This document shows, one piece after another, positions 25,641-37,458 of a stretch of DNA of 64,000 bases. The stretch spans positions 541,951 to 605,950 of the forward strand of contig NW_026867441.1 in the NCBI RefSeq assembly GCF_020745735.1, written 5' to 3'. The stretch is from Hemiscyllium ocellatum (Eukaryota). Under the pieces are notes generated by a model. The model was not told where the DNA came from. It saw nothing but the letters and a program-made list of their open reading frames with translations, and ran no database searches. Both the position numbers and the translations under genes were made by a program. Within the stretch, counting starts at the first letter, position 1. Each line of letters begins with the position of its first letter.

Positions 25641-25779
25641 ATCAAGAGGCTTTCCACATTGTTGGTTTGATCAGTGACGTAGCAAGGAAGCAGCAGCTGC
25701 CCCATGAACTCCAATAAAAGAATGAGAACAGGCTCTTCATACGGAGCTGGCTCCCGAGAATCCAATTCAACAGCAGGGA

Positions 25780-26870
25780 TCGAAGAACAAGGCACAATAC
25801 AGCACAGAAACAGGCCCTTCGGCCCTCCAAGCCTGTGCTGACACATTTTGCCCTTCCTCACTGAAACTGTATTCACCTACAGGATTCATATCCCTCTATT
25901 CCCTTCCTATTCATGCATTAGTGCAGGTATTTCTTGAATACTTCTATTGTGTCTGCTTCCACTACCTCTTCTGGCAGTGTGTTCCAGGTACTCAACTCCC
26001 TTTGAGTGAAATACTTGCCTCGCACATCTCTTTTAAATTCCTCCTTCCCCCCGCACCTTGAACCTCTGTCCCCGAGTAAGTGACCCCTCCATCCTGGGAA
26101 AAAGCTTCATATTTTCCACCCTACCTATGCCATTCAAAACTTAATAAACTTCTTTGAGGTCACACCTCATTTTCCCTCATTCTGGTGAAAACAAACCCAG
26201 TCTCTCCAACCTTTCTTCAGAACTAAAATCCCCCCCATACCAGACAATATCCTGGTAAACATTTTCTGCACCGTCTTCAAAACATCCACATCCTTCTGAT
26301 AGTGTGGTGACCAGAACTGTGTGCACTATTCCAAGTGTGGCCTAACTAAAGTTCTATAAAGCTGCAGCATAACTTGTCTGTCCTTATACTCAATGCCCCT
26401 TCCAATGAAGGCAAGCAGGCCATAAGCCTTTTTCACAACCTTACCTCCCCATGCTGCCACCTTCAGTGATCTGTGAACATACACACCCAGATCCCTCTGC
26501 ATATCAATATTCCAAAGGATTCTGCCATTCACTGTATAATTCCCACCTGTACATCACCTTTCAAAATGCATCACCTCACATTTGTCTGGATTAAACCAAA
26601 TCTGCCATTTTTCTGTCCGTGCATCTAACTGATCTCTATCCTGCTGTATCCTCTGACAATCCTTCTCATTATCTGTAACTCTACCAATCTTTGTATCAAC
26701 TGTTAACTTTTTAATTAGACCAGCTACACCTTCCTCCAAATCATTTATGCAGACCATGAACAGCAGAGTTCCCACCACTGAACCCTGTAAAACACCACTA
26801 GACCTCCATTCTGAAAACCATCCTCCCATCACTGCCCTCTGTCTCCTCCAACACAGCCAATTCTGTATCC
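25780..26870 (-). mobile_element. CR1-like LINE 3' fragment
   Basis: GVLQGSVVGTLLF, VDTKIGRV and LYRTLVRPHLE. Confidence 0.88.
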
Positions 26871-27042
26871 AATGCTGGGAACATTTTAGAAAAGACACCT
26901 TGTTGCCAGATCCTTACTGCAACTTGATTCAGTTCATTCAGAAATAGAAAAAGGATAATGTGCAGATTGTCGAACAGTCCCCTACACCTGGGCCTGAGGC
27001 AGGAGCCCAACCTCCAGCACACTGGCCTCACTTCACACCAAC

Positions 27043-27084
27043 CTTCACACAGTGCGGGGTCATGAACTCCGGCCATCAATCCCT
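27043..27084 (-). other. 42-bp exon-like cassette (EGLMAGVHDPALCEG), copy 1
   Basis: Pyrimidine-rich tract with tcccag| and AAG|GTTGGT. Phase 1-1 and open. Identical to 37417-37458. Confidence 0.4.
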
Positions 27085-29509
27085 CTGGGACCGGGACGGA
27101 GTGAGGGAACAGGGACAATTGTAGAAGAGTCAATAAGGAGTAAAGCAAGATGGGGAGGGTGTGTTGGAAAGGGGTTAGAGAAGGACATATACTTTGTCCC
27201 TCTCAATACTGATATTGTCTACGTGTATCACAGAATGAACAAAACAGCACACTGTGAAGATAATCATATCACAGGAGACATTTTCATTGGGCTGTGATAA
27301 GTATCCTAGTTCAAAAGCTGTTTTCCCTCCCTCCCCCCTGAAGAGGAGAGAGGCATGGGAAAAGAGAACTGACAATTCAAAATAAAAGCTCTTCACATAT
27401 TGCCATCATTTAATATATTAATGTGAGAGGATTAGAGACCCTTAACAGCGAGAGTGTGGTGGCTCAGAGGCTAAAAGGCAGACAGCAAAGAGCAGCATTA
27501 TTCCTTCTCAGGGTGTTAATGTCATTGGCAAGCCTCATATTTATTGCCCATCTCCAGCAGTTCGGACTGAGTTCTTTGCTGAGCCAGATCATGGGGCCGT
27601 GAAGAATGAATCATGTCACTGTGGGACTGGCATCACAGTCTGGGTGATGACTGGATTCCCTTGCCTAAAGAACATAATAAAATGACATTGAGTTTCATAG
27701 TTTTTGTTTGGACACATCCCAGTGCCATCCTTCCCAGATATTAAATTGCTCACCACCGCCCTCTCCAGGACAATTAGGGAAGGGCAACCAATAGCAGACA
27801 CATCAACGCTTTCCCCATCCCAGGAGAAATCAAAATAAATTAGGGACAATTCAAATGATTAACCTGGGGGAGGTTTGAATCAATCTCTTTGAAAGACTGG
27901 CGCCTGCTTTTTTTCAGAATACAAGGTGGAGTGCCCCAACGACTGGCACTGGGATCAGGCACAATATGAATTGCAAAGGTCTAACAAACGGGTACAAAGA
28001 CAATGTCACTAAACTGCAAAAAAAAGTTAATCAGGAAGAACTCAAGAGATGACAGAAAGCCATTAGTGGGTGTAAGACTGTAATGCAGATGTTGTTGAAT
28101 ACACCAGAAATACAATTAACGCGATTGGGATAGAGCAGGGCAATGGGATTAATTGCGTTTCTCTCCTGAGAGTTGGCAAGAAGCTTTCCTGCTTGTAATG
28201 ACTCAGAACAATACATGTTGAAGTGCAGCTCATATTGTAAACAATGTACTGCAGCGGGTAAGAAAGGATGGCCAGTGACATAAATGCTTAAAATTGGGAA
28301 AATTTTCAGAATAAGACATGGGAAAGGCCGCTGGGATTTTGGAATGAATGTTGAGAGTGAGGAGATGGAGGGGAGAGTGGCCAGGACAGCTGTACTGAAG
28401 AATGGTTAGGTCACATCTGGAATATGGTGGACAGTTAGGGGTTTCTATGAGGTGCAATGCAGAATGGTCCAGGGATAGGGGATCTAGGTTACAAGGAAAC
28501 ACCAGAACAGGATCTCGAGGAGGGAGGGAGGGAATTCTGATATTCAAAATTCCTTAATGAAATCAACACAGTAAATGTAGATTTTCTGTCAATGATGGCA
28601 AACTGAAAGGCAAAATGACACATTCTGTGGTCAAACACCAGGTACAGGAAGGCGATCAGGAAAAATATTTTGATGCAGAGATTGGAATTTAGTGAGTGCT
28701 GATGAACTGAGACCTCCATTTAAAATGGGACAGAATTACTCCTTGGAAATTGAACAGGTCTGAAGCAAAAGAGTAAATTACGGTCAAATAGTTATTTGAG
28801 AATATTGTGGAAGCTTTTTGTTTTTCCTTCATCAGGGCAATTGCAAAAATCCAATCGAAAGAGAAAAAAACAACATTTATATTGCATGAGAGGAAAGTGC
28901 TGACAGATTGAGGTGTTGTCACTATGAACACACCAGTTTAAATATTGTTTCCCTTTGCTGTGGCATTTCTTGCAAATTGTCCTGATGCATGCAAGTCAAA
29001 AAGCTCCAAGAAAATGTTTTGTTTTTCAGCAACACTCAAATTAGAATCAGTTTGGAGAGAAAGTTAACCATGAGAATTGATCTGAATTCAGCAGAGACCA
29101 CCTTAAGTTCACCTTGAACTTAATACAGCAATTATCAGGTGAAATTTAATCACGGATCCACTCCATCTTCCACCAGTTGGATCATTTGAATTCTACATCG
29201 TTTTTTTTATTTCTCTTGGGATGGGGAATGTATTGACCTGTCAGCTATTTATTACCCTTCTCCAATTGCCCAGGAGAGGGCAGTGGTGAGCCATGAGTTT
29301 CTCGAAGAGGATCTGACAGTGGGACAAGATCATGTGCTGGGCCTGAGTATAGCCAACTCTCAGGAGAATGAGCTGTGGCACAAAGATAACCTGGGAGTGA
29401 TGGAAAGGCAAAGGCAGCCTGACTAGGCTGTGGAGGGGCAGGACCAATTTTGATGAATGAGCTGATATCCTTCCAAGCTGAGATGCAGACTCAGGTTTTC
29501 AGGGCAGCA

Positions 29510-29810
29510 CAGTTTTTATTTTTTTTCTTTTCTATAACCCCACACAGCTGCCTAACAATGGTGGAGCATAATTTTCCCCCAGCACCCACATTGTATGTGT
29601 GCAAGTGTGAGACACAGTGAAAAATGACAAGTGCAGAAGTCTTTATTCATTTTCCACCTCCAGGAAGAAAGGAAATACCCGAGTGGCCAGTGACAAGCAG
29701 TGTCCTTCACATCAAAGGCCAATGCTACGTGATCAAACAGTGAAGGGGAGGGCAGGGAGTGAATCAAAGTAGAGTCGGGGGGGGAAATAAAACACTCCAC
29801 ACTCCACAGT
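29510..29810. repeat. Interspersed repeat; a related copy lies inverted at 43350-43600
   Basis: Reverse-complement similarity by eye (tgaaggggagggcaggga, gtggccagtgacaagcagtg, gtgtgagacacagtga). Confidence 0.7.
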
Positions 29811-30467
29811 GCCCACCTCTTGGTTACACAGCTTACACTGTTACTGACCATAGCTCCATGATTGATGAGATCTGCTCCAGGAGAACATCCACAGAAAGCT
29901 GCCTCCTGTGTGTCTGATGTATCTGTGTGTCTCTCAGACGTGACTGAGCAGGCAGCAAGAGTTTCAGCAGCAACAAAGGTGTTACTCTAGTGCCCCTACC
30001 ACTTTCACCCATCAACTTACAAACTCTTCTGGGGAAAGGGCTCAGCACCTGCCATCGCCTGCTTCAATGTGTCCTACACCCCACCTCAAGACAACAGACC
30101 CCACTGCCCCCTGCCCCTATCATCTGCTCTCCATCTCTCTCCTGAAGGCACTATCTCTGGCTGGGAAACATCTCGAATAGCTCATTCCTCCAAGTGTGGG
30201 CTGGGATGGGGAAGCAAGGCAGGCTCTTGGACCAGGAGGTGTCAGTCTGGTCTCAGTGGGGAGCACTCTCCCCTCACACTTACAATGTTGCAGACTGGGT
30301 GGATGAGCCATTGGGAAATGCAGGGTTACAGGGATAATGCAGTGGTTTGGATCTGGGTGGAATGTTCTTCGGAGGGTTGGTGTGAACACATTGGGGTGAA
30401 TGGCCTGCTTCAACATTGTACAGATTCCATCATTACATGATTCTATCACTGAAGCAAATTATCCAGG

Positions 30468-30648
30468 CTGAGAGTGCCCTACTGAGGGAGTGCAGCACTG
30501 TCAGAAGGACAGTACTGAGGGAGTGCCACGCCATTGGAGAGTCAGTACTGATGGAGTGTTGCACTAATGATGGGTTAGTACTGAGACAGTGCCACACTGT
30601 CAGAGGGTTCGTACTGAGGGAATGCCGCTCTGTCAGAAAGTCAGTCTC
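30468..30648. repeat. 33-bp minisatellite
   Basis: About 5.5 diverged copies of CAGTACTGAGGGAGTGCCGCACTGTCAGAGGGT. Confidence 0.8.
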
Positions 30649-30810
30649 TCCTCCATGTTGAACAGCACTTAGTGGAAGTTCTGAGGGTGATGAGGGCACA
30701 GAATGTACTCTGGGTGGGGGACTTGAATGTCCACAATCAAAAAATAATTTAAAAATACATCGGGTTTGTTAGGTGTACGATACAAATATTAAAATTGATA
30801 CTTCTGCCAG

Positions 30811-30897
30811 TCCAACGCTCACTTCTCCTGTGCCCTCACCCATGTGACCCTTCCCTCTCCCCTCAGCAAGAGCATCAGGAGATCAGAATGTGTGTAG
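30811..30897 (+). pseudogene. IGKC: 5'-truncated inverted Ig kappa constant exon fragment
   Basis: Reads SNAHFSCALTHVTLPSPLSKSIRRSECV*, versus SDARFSCALTHVTLPSPLSKSIRRSECV* at 45707-45793 (minus). The 3' flank 30898-31610 also matches 45170-45706. Confidence 0.95.
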
Positions 30898-33800
30898 AGT
30901 GTTGGAGACAGTCCACAGAGGAGACACAACTTTAAATAGAACAGGGCTGAGCTGGCAGGACAAAGGTTATTGTCAACACTGAATTTCAACTCTCTTCCTT
31001 CTTGAGACTGGCCTCTGGGAGACTCTGAGGTTCAGGGGTTAAGGCAGGTTACTGTGACACTGTAGAGAGAGCTTCACTCTGTTCCCAACCAGTGCTGTCC
31101 CTGTCCTGGGAGTGTTTGACGAGGACAATGTGGAGACAGCATTATTCAGTTTCTTATCCTGTCCCTGTCCTGGGTGTCTTTGGTGGGAACAGTACGGAAA
31201 GAGCTTTACTCTGGATCTAACCGTATTCTGTCCCTGTCCAGGAGACTGTTTGTTGGGGACAATGTTGACTTGTAATAACAAGCATAACCTTTCAAAGATA
31301 TTGAAAACTGTCCCCTGTGTAAAAACAATGTGAACCTCAGAAGTCTCTGCTTCAAGAAACCAGATCTCCTTCCTGCTCAGCCACCAGCTCCAATATAAGG
31401 TTTTGTCACTGTTTAAAGGGACAGGATTCTCAGGTTATTGAGAAAATCTCCACAAGTGTTTTCCTCAAGCTCCATTGTGGCTGTGAATTTGAGCAGCTTC
31501 CTCTGTCTGGGCTGTTAATTGCTGACTGTTTTCTGTCAATGTCAATCTGGAAAAGGGAATAAAGATGAAGAAGATTCAGTCTCTGTCTCTGTGTGCTTTG
31601 GAAATGGCCTGAGCTGAAACCTCAGGGAAAGGGTGTGTGAAGTGTTAAACTCCACTCTCAAGGCACGGGACACGAGGGGGAGAAGAGGGAGGGCAATGGG
31701 GTCCCGGGAGCAGGAGGGCAATACTAAATTAGGGACAGAAGAGACACTTTCAGTAGGAACTCAGGGCCCTGAGAAAATCATCCCCAATAAATGGGGAAAA
31801 GAAGGAAGGTGTGTTGGAGTTCAGAAAGATTGAAGAATGATGCCGAGAGTAAGCTGAACTCAGAGTGTAGATGGGAAAGATCCAAACCCAGAGTGGGGAG
31901 GGTACCTTTCACTCCATAATTCCCCATCCACCATGAGGGTGCTCTAAGGGGCAGTACCCATCCTGAATACGTGTGCCTAATGGTGTGGGATGAATGGACA
32001 AGAGCCTGTGTCTATATTTGTGTGGATGGGAAGCAGGGAACATATTGAGACTTTTATATGTATATAGTGTAAGGATGGGCTCCCTGGGCACTCAATGGCA
32101 GTGTATCTGAACATAACAGAGTGAGCTCACTCAGGGAGTGTTCAGAACAGATTGGATCATTGCAGACAGACTGGCAATATGTCTTTACACAGTTGGTCAT
32201 TTCGAATGTGCCCTGGTCCGTATTGGGTCAGGGAGGGCTGAGGACCAGGGCAAGTTCAGCTTCATGTTTAAAGACCAACAATATTGATGGAGCTGTCTGT
32301 GCCAAGGGCTCCCGAATAGTCCCTCCATCTTCCAGCAGAGCATGGCACAGAGCTGTGAGAGTTCAGGTCAGCTCCCCCAAACAGTTTGGACAGTGTGTGC
32401 TTGACTTGCTGCTGTTTGTGGGAACTGAGGAGGGGGATGTGTCCCTTTGGGATGACAGAACTCCCAGGAGTTGCTCAGAGGGATCCCGATGTTGATCCCT
32501 TTCCTGGTGAAAAGCTGCTGCATTGCTCAGGCTCCTTGATGCCACACACCATCAAAGAGACCTTGATGTCAAGTGCTGTCACTCTGCCCTCACCTCACTC
32601 GCATGGTCAGGGAGAGCTCAGTCCACTGACTCACATTTATTGGAAAGAATTCCACTTGTTACTGATCAGCCCATCTGACCCTCCCAGCCCGTCTATATCC
32701 TCATGTCGTCTTGTACTGCTCCGGGACACCCCCATTCGGGAAGGTCAATAAATGGAAAGCACGAAAACTTTAATTCAGATACTGAAGGCAATTACTGGTA
32801 TCACCAAGGAATGGATGTATTTTGTTTGTAAGCGGGATATGTATTTCTTTACTAAAGTAAAGTGATTCAGTGTAAATACATCTGTTGTGAACGTATGAAA
32901 CTGCAACAATTCCCACTTAGGGTGTTTGGATTGGAGACTGAGTTGAAGAAAATGGTGACACATCAGGGAGGTGTGATGGATGGGAATGTGGTGCTGGAAG
33001 CAAATTCACATCAGCCATGGTCCTATTTATTGGTGGATAAGTCCTGAAGGATTGAGTGGCCTAATCCAGCCTCTAATTTTGTAATTTCAAAAGAATTAAT
33101 TAGTTTTTTTCTCTATACCCACTCATGCATATTGTCTGTGTGAAATCTTTCTTCAACTCTTCATCCTTCCTCCTTTGTGTCTTAACCCTGAGTTCTCAAT
33201 GTTGCTGGGAAATTTGAGAAGCAGATTTACTCACTTGCTCATTCACTCCCTCCTCAGCCTCACTTTATCTCCTGAAACTCCACACAACAGCAATCTGCTG
33301 GGTCAGGAGCAAGGCTCTCAGCTCAATGAATAAAGGAACCTTTTCTAGCACCAAGCTGGTGACAGTCAGCTGGAGAATAATGTTCCATTGCACATGCCTT
33401 CTTCAAAAACCAAGGTGTTCAGCTATTCTGTACATCCACGTTCACTCCTGAAGGGATCAGGCAGAGAGGAAGAGTCAGTGCAGCCATTGTGCAGCATCCA
33501 GTGTCGAGTTGTCCCATTTCCAATCCCACTGCAATGTCATTGCCTGCCCCAACACCAAGCAGATGCTCCCATTACAAGAGGCTCCATGGCCCTGAGGACT
33601 GTGAGAGTGAGCCCTGTCCATTCAGCTCAATCATCAAGCTCCAGCCTTCCTGATGTGATGGCAGCCAGGAGAACCGTGCCCATGGGAGATTCCACACACA
33701 CTCCGTCCCTCCCTGCAGAGAAAGATGATTCCATGGCCCTGCTTTCTCTTCAAACTGATCTGAATTTGAATATTGCTGAAAAAAGGCACATTTTGTCAAA

Positions 33801-36800
33801 GATTCTGTCTTGCACACATCAGGACAATTTGCAAGAAATAGCACAGCAAAGGCAAATACCATGTAGACTGAAGATCCCAGCGGGTCATGCGGCATCCATG
33901 GAGAGAAAGCAAGGCAAAATGAAACGCTTTCGCAAGAAGGGTTTTGTCTCACTCAAATTCTGTATTCTGAACTGACTGATCCTGATTTCCTCTTTTGCTT
34001 CAGACCTGTTGAAATCCTAAAAAGTAATTCTGTACTTTTTTGAACAGAGCACTCAGTTTATAATCATTAAATTCAAATAACTGCATCAAAATATTTTTCC
34101 TGATCTCCTTTCTGTACCTGGTATATGACTGGAGAATGTGTCATTTTGCCTTTTAGTTTGTCAGCGCTGATGGTAAATCTACATTTACTGTGTTTCTTTG
34201 TTTATGATTTTTTGAACATCAGAATAGTCTCCCTCCACTGTCGAGATCCTGTTCTAGCCTTCATACAATTATAGAATCGAGGAATTCTTTCCGTGTGGAA
34301 GGAGGCCAATCAAGTACACATCGACACTTTGAAGACCATTCCACCCAGACCCACACATCCCCTACCCTATCCCTGTAACCCTGCATTTTCCATTTGCTAG
34401 CCTGCACATCTCTTGGGCATAATGAGTAATTTAGCACAGCCAACCACCTAACCTGCACATCTTCTCTCAGTTTTGCAAACGAAATATCAGGTTTGATGCT
34501 TACACTTTGACCCAGATTTAATACAGTTGGAAACATGACTCCAGGCACATTTAATCACTCAAGTAGCCGATTTCAATATCCCCAATGGCAGCTAAAATTT
34601 CTCCCAATGAATATCAGGACAGAAGTAGTGAACTGGAATTCTCAGCCACCATCAGACGATATCAACTAGACTGAGGAACCAATTGACCCCTAAATTCCTG
34701 AATCTATCCTGATTATATGGCAGCTCAAGGATTAAATCAGCTTGGCTTTCCCACAATGTGTCCAATCAAGGGACCGAGCTTCAGATGATGTCCTCATGTT
34801 AAACTGCCACCTCTCCCGTGACCCACACCTGCCTTTAGTTGCATTTAGTCTGGGCTTCCATAATAAGCCAAGGTCTCCAGTGATAGCCTTGTCTCCAACA
34901 AGCATTGCTCTGCTCGCTCCCAACTGCGGACCTCCCCAGGAGCCAAAAGGAACTTCCCAGCAGTTCTGTCACTGATGGATGAGATAGTTGTTGACCCACC
35001 TTAGAGTGAACTGAAGCCAAACCTTTCTGACTCAATGGAAGGAGTTCTATAAACTTAGCCAAGGCTGAAACTTCTTTTAAAAACATCATAAAATCTGTCA
35101 ATAATTAGCACTGCCTTTGAGTGACGTCAGAGTTTTGAGGTTTAAATGTCTTCTTTTGGAATGCAATGAGGCGTTACCATGGAGAATGTTGCTGCTGGAC
35201 AAGAACAGCCAACTCTGCCCAAAAAGTCACCGCAATAATTAATCCATCACCATCCAGTCGAATGCTTTCTAGCATTACTTTCCCTTTATTATTCCTCTTT
35301 TTCAGGTTATTAACATCTTTTAAAATAGTACACACATGGGAACACTGCCAGCTGTAAGATTTTCCCCAAACCTGACTTAGAAATATATCCCTGTTCCTTC
35401 ACTGTCACTGGGTTAAAATCAGGGGATTCTCTCCCTCAGGGCATTCTGGGTCTACCTACAGCACATGGCTGCAGCGGGTTCAGGAAGGCAGCAGTTCACC
35501 ACGCTGCAATGTTGTTTATGATATAAACGACCCTTCAAGTTTTATCGTTCTCAGAGGCGTTACAACCGAGAAAACCCCTTCCATCTCTCAGCAGAGATTT
35601 CAATTATTCCCATTTCCCTGCTTCTCTTAATGAGTGACTGTGTTTCTGGTGTATTCAACAAGATCTGACACTTGCCTGCCTAATGCTCTTACACCCACTG
35701 ATACCTGTTGAGTTCCCTTGGATAAATTACTGTTCTCTGCAGTTTGATAGCCGTTTGTTCGGTCTTTGAGTGTAATTCATTTTGTGCCTGATCCCAGTGT
35801 CAATCTGAAGGACACTCCACCTTTCAGTCTGACAAACCAGGGTCACCCGTGTCATGGCTCTACTTTTAGCCTAGCCTACAGTCTCTCAAAGAGATGAATT
35901 CAAGCCTCACCAGTTTGATCATTTGAAGTGTACCTAATTTATTTTGATTTCTCCTGGGATGGGCGGGCACAAAAATGGCTGCTATTTGTTGCCCTTCCTT
36001 AATTGTCCGAGAGGACGGTGGTGAGCCATGTAATATCTGGGAAGGAAGGTGCTGGGATCTGAACAAAAAAAAACAATGAAACTCAATGTCATGTTCATGA
36101 ATGTGGTTTGGACAAGGGAACCCAGTCATCACCCGGTCTGTGACTCCAGTCCCACACAGTGACGTGATTCATTCTTAACGGCCCCATGATCTGGCTCAGA
36201 ACTCAGTCCGAGCAACTAGAGATGGGCAATACATTTTAGGTTTGATTTAAAATAGGTTGTAAGATTTTTTTTAAAAGTACTTAAAATAGTTAAATAAATG
36301 TTAACCTGAGTGCACAAGGCATAATTTCAAAATTTGCTGATGGTATGAAACTTGGATGTATTACAGCTGCTGAAGAAATTAGCTTCGAACTTCGAAAAAC
36401 ATGTAGGTAAGTTAATGGAATGAGCAGATGGCTGTAGAAACATTTTGCAAGGAAAACTTGGAGAGACAAACAAACTAAAGAGTACAAATATGGGTGGGTG
36501 TAGGGGCAGTAGGACCTGGATGTTTATGTGCATCAGTTACTGAAGGTGGCAGGATAGGCAGCTATTCTCATAACAGAACAGCTGATTAAAAGCAGATGCC
36601 ATATCAACATGAACATAGAATACAGTGTGGATGTGAAAAGAATGCTTCCTTTACAGGGAGAATATAAAACTAAAATAAGTTCCCTCATTTAAGACCAAGA
36701 TAAGCAGGTTTTTCTTCTTCTTGCATAAGGTCATAGATCTTTGGAACTCTCCTTCAAACATAGAAATGAAACCTCTGAATGCTTGTAGTGAAGAAGTAGA

Positions 36801-37062
36801 TAGCCATTGCTTTCAAGAATCTATCAGAGTAAGGCAAGAATGTGGAATAATCAGGTCAGCCATGGGGAGCAGGCTCAAGAGGATGAATCTCCTTCATCTG
36901 CCCCTAACTCATTTGATCGTGTGCCCAGTTCCACCGTTGAAAGAACAGCGCCTTGAAAGCTTGTGGTTTTCAATAAAGCAGCTGAAGTAGCTGCTGGTTT
37001 GTGTGGGCGCGAATGGAAGGGGACTTTACCCATAATCCTCAGCAGCCGTGCAAGCTCTCTCT

Positions 37063-37079
37063 CGCCACTAGAGGGCAGC
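37063..37079 (+). promoter_or_regulatory. CTCF-like binding motif
   Basis: CGCCACTAGAGGGCAGC closely fits the CTCF core CCAC(C/T)AG(A/G)GGGC(G/A)(C/G). Confidence 0.55.
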
Positions 37080-37416
37080 TGCTTCACTGTCCCTGATCAG
37101 TAAAACGTAAAGTGGGACTCTGCTTGGAGCTGACAGGCTCAATCTGCAGAGACCCATAGAGAGAGTGTACAGTTTCAGAAGCACCACAATGAAAATGTCC
37201 CATGTGATAAGAAAAGTAATTTGATGTGACTTTTGTTTGTCTTCACAGTGTGCTGTTTTGTTCATTCTGTGAAACACGTAGATGATGTCAGTACTGAGTG
37301 GCACAAAGTATATTTTCTCCTCTAACCCCTTTCCAAACACACCCTCTCCATCTTGCTTTACTCCTTATTGAATCTTCTACAATTATCCCTGTTCCCTCAC
37401 TCCGTCCCAGTCCCAG

Positions 37417-37458
37417 AGGGATTGATGGCCGGAGTTCATGACCCCGCACTGTGTGAAG
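37417..37458 (+). other. 42-bp exon-like cassette, copy 2
   Basis: tcccag|AGGGATTG...GTGAAG|GTTGGT. An alternative donor GAA|GTGAGG lies at 37469/37470. Confidence 0.4.

Larger units (their letters stand above)
24540..29075 (-). repeat. Left arm of an inverted segmental duplication (interrupted by transposons at 24813-26870)
   Basis: Blocks 24540-24812, 26880-27300 and 28500-29075 are reverse complements of 37770-38030, 37190-37620 and 33725-34260, in colinear order. Confidence 0.85.

Noticed and set aside
27047-27053. CACAGTG heptamer within the duplicated cassette (and its copy near 37448-37454)
   Set aside because: No nonamer at 12 or 23 nt spacing, and no V or J coding sequence adjacent.
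32121-32750. WD40-like motifs (LFVGTEEGDVSLWDDRTP, HSALTSLAWSG)
   Set aside because: These are isolated motifs in different frames with spacing inconsistent with WD repeats, which is insufficient without an HMM search.
33388-33975. 195-aa plus-strand ORF
   Set aside because: No recognisable domain. It spans the edge of the duplicated non-coding arm, whose other copy does not preserve the frame.
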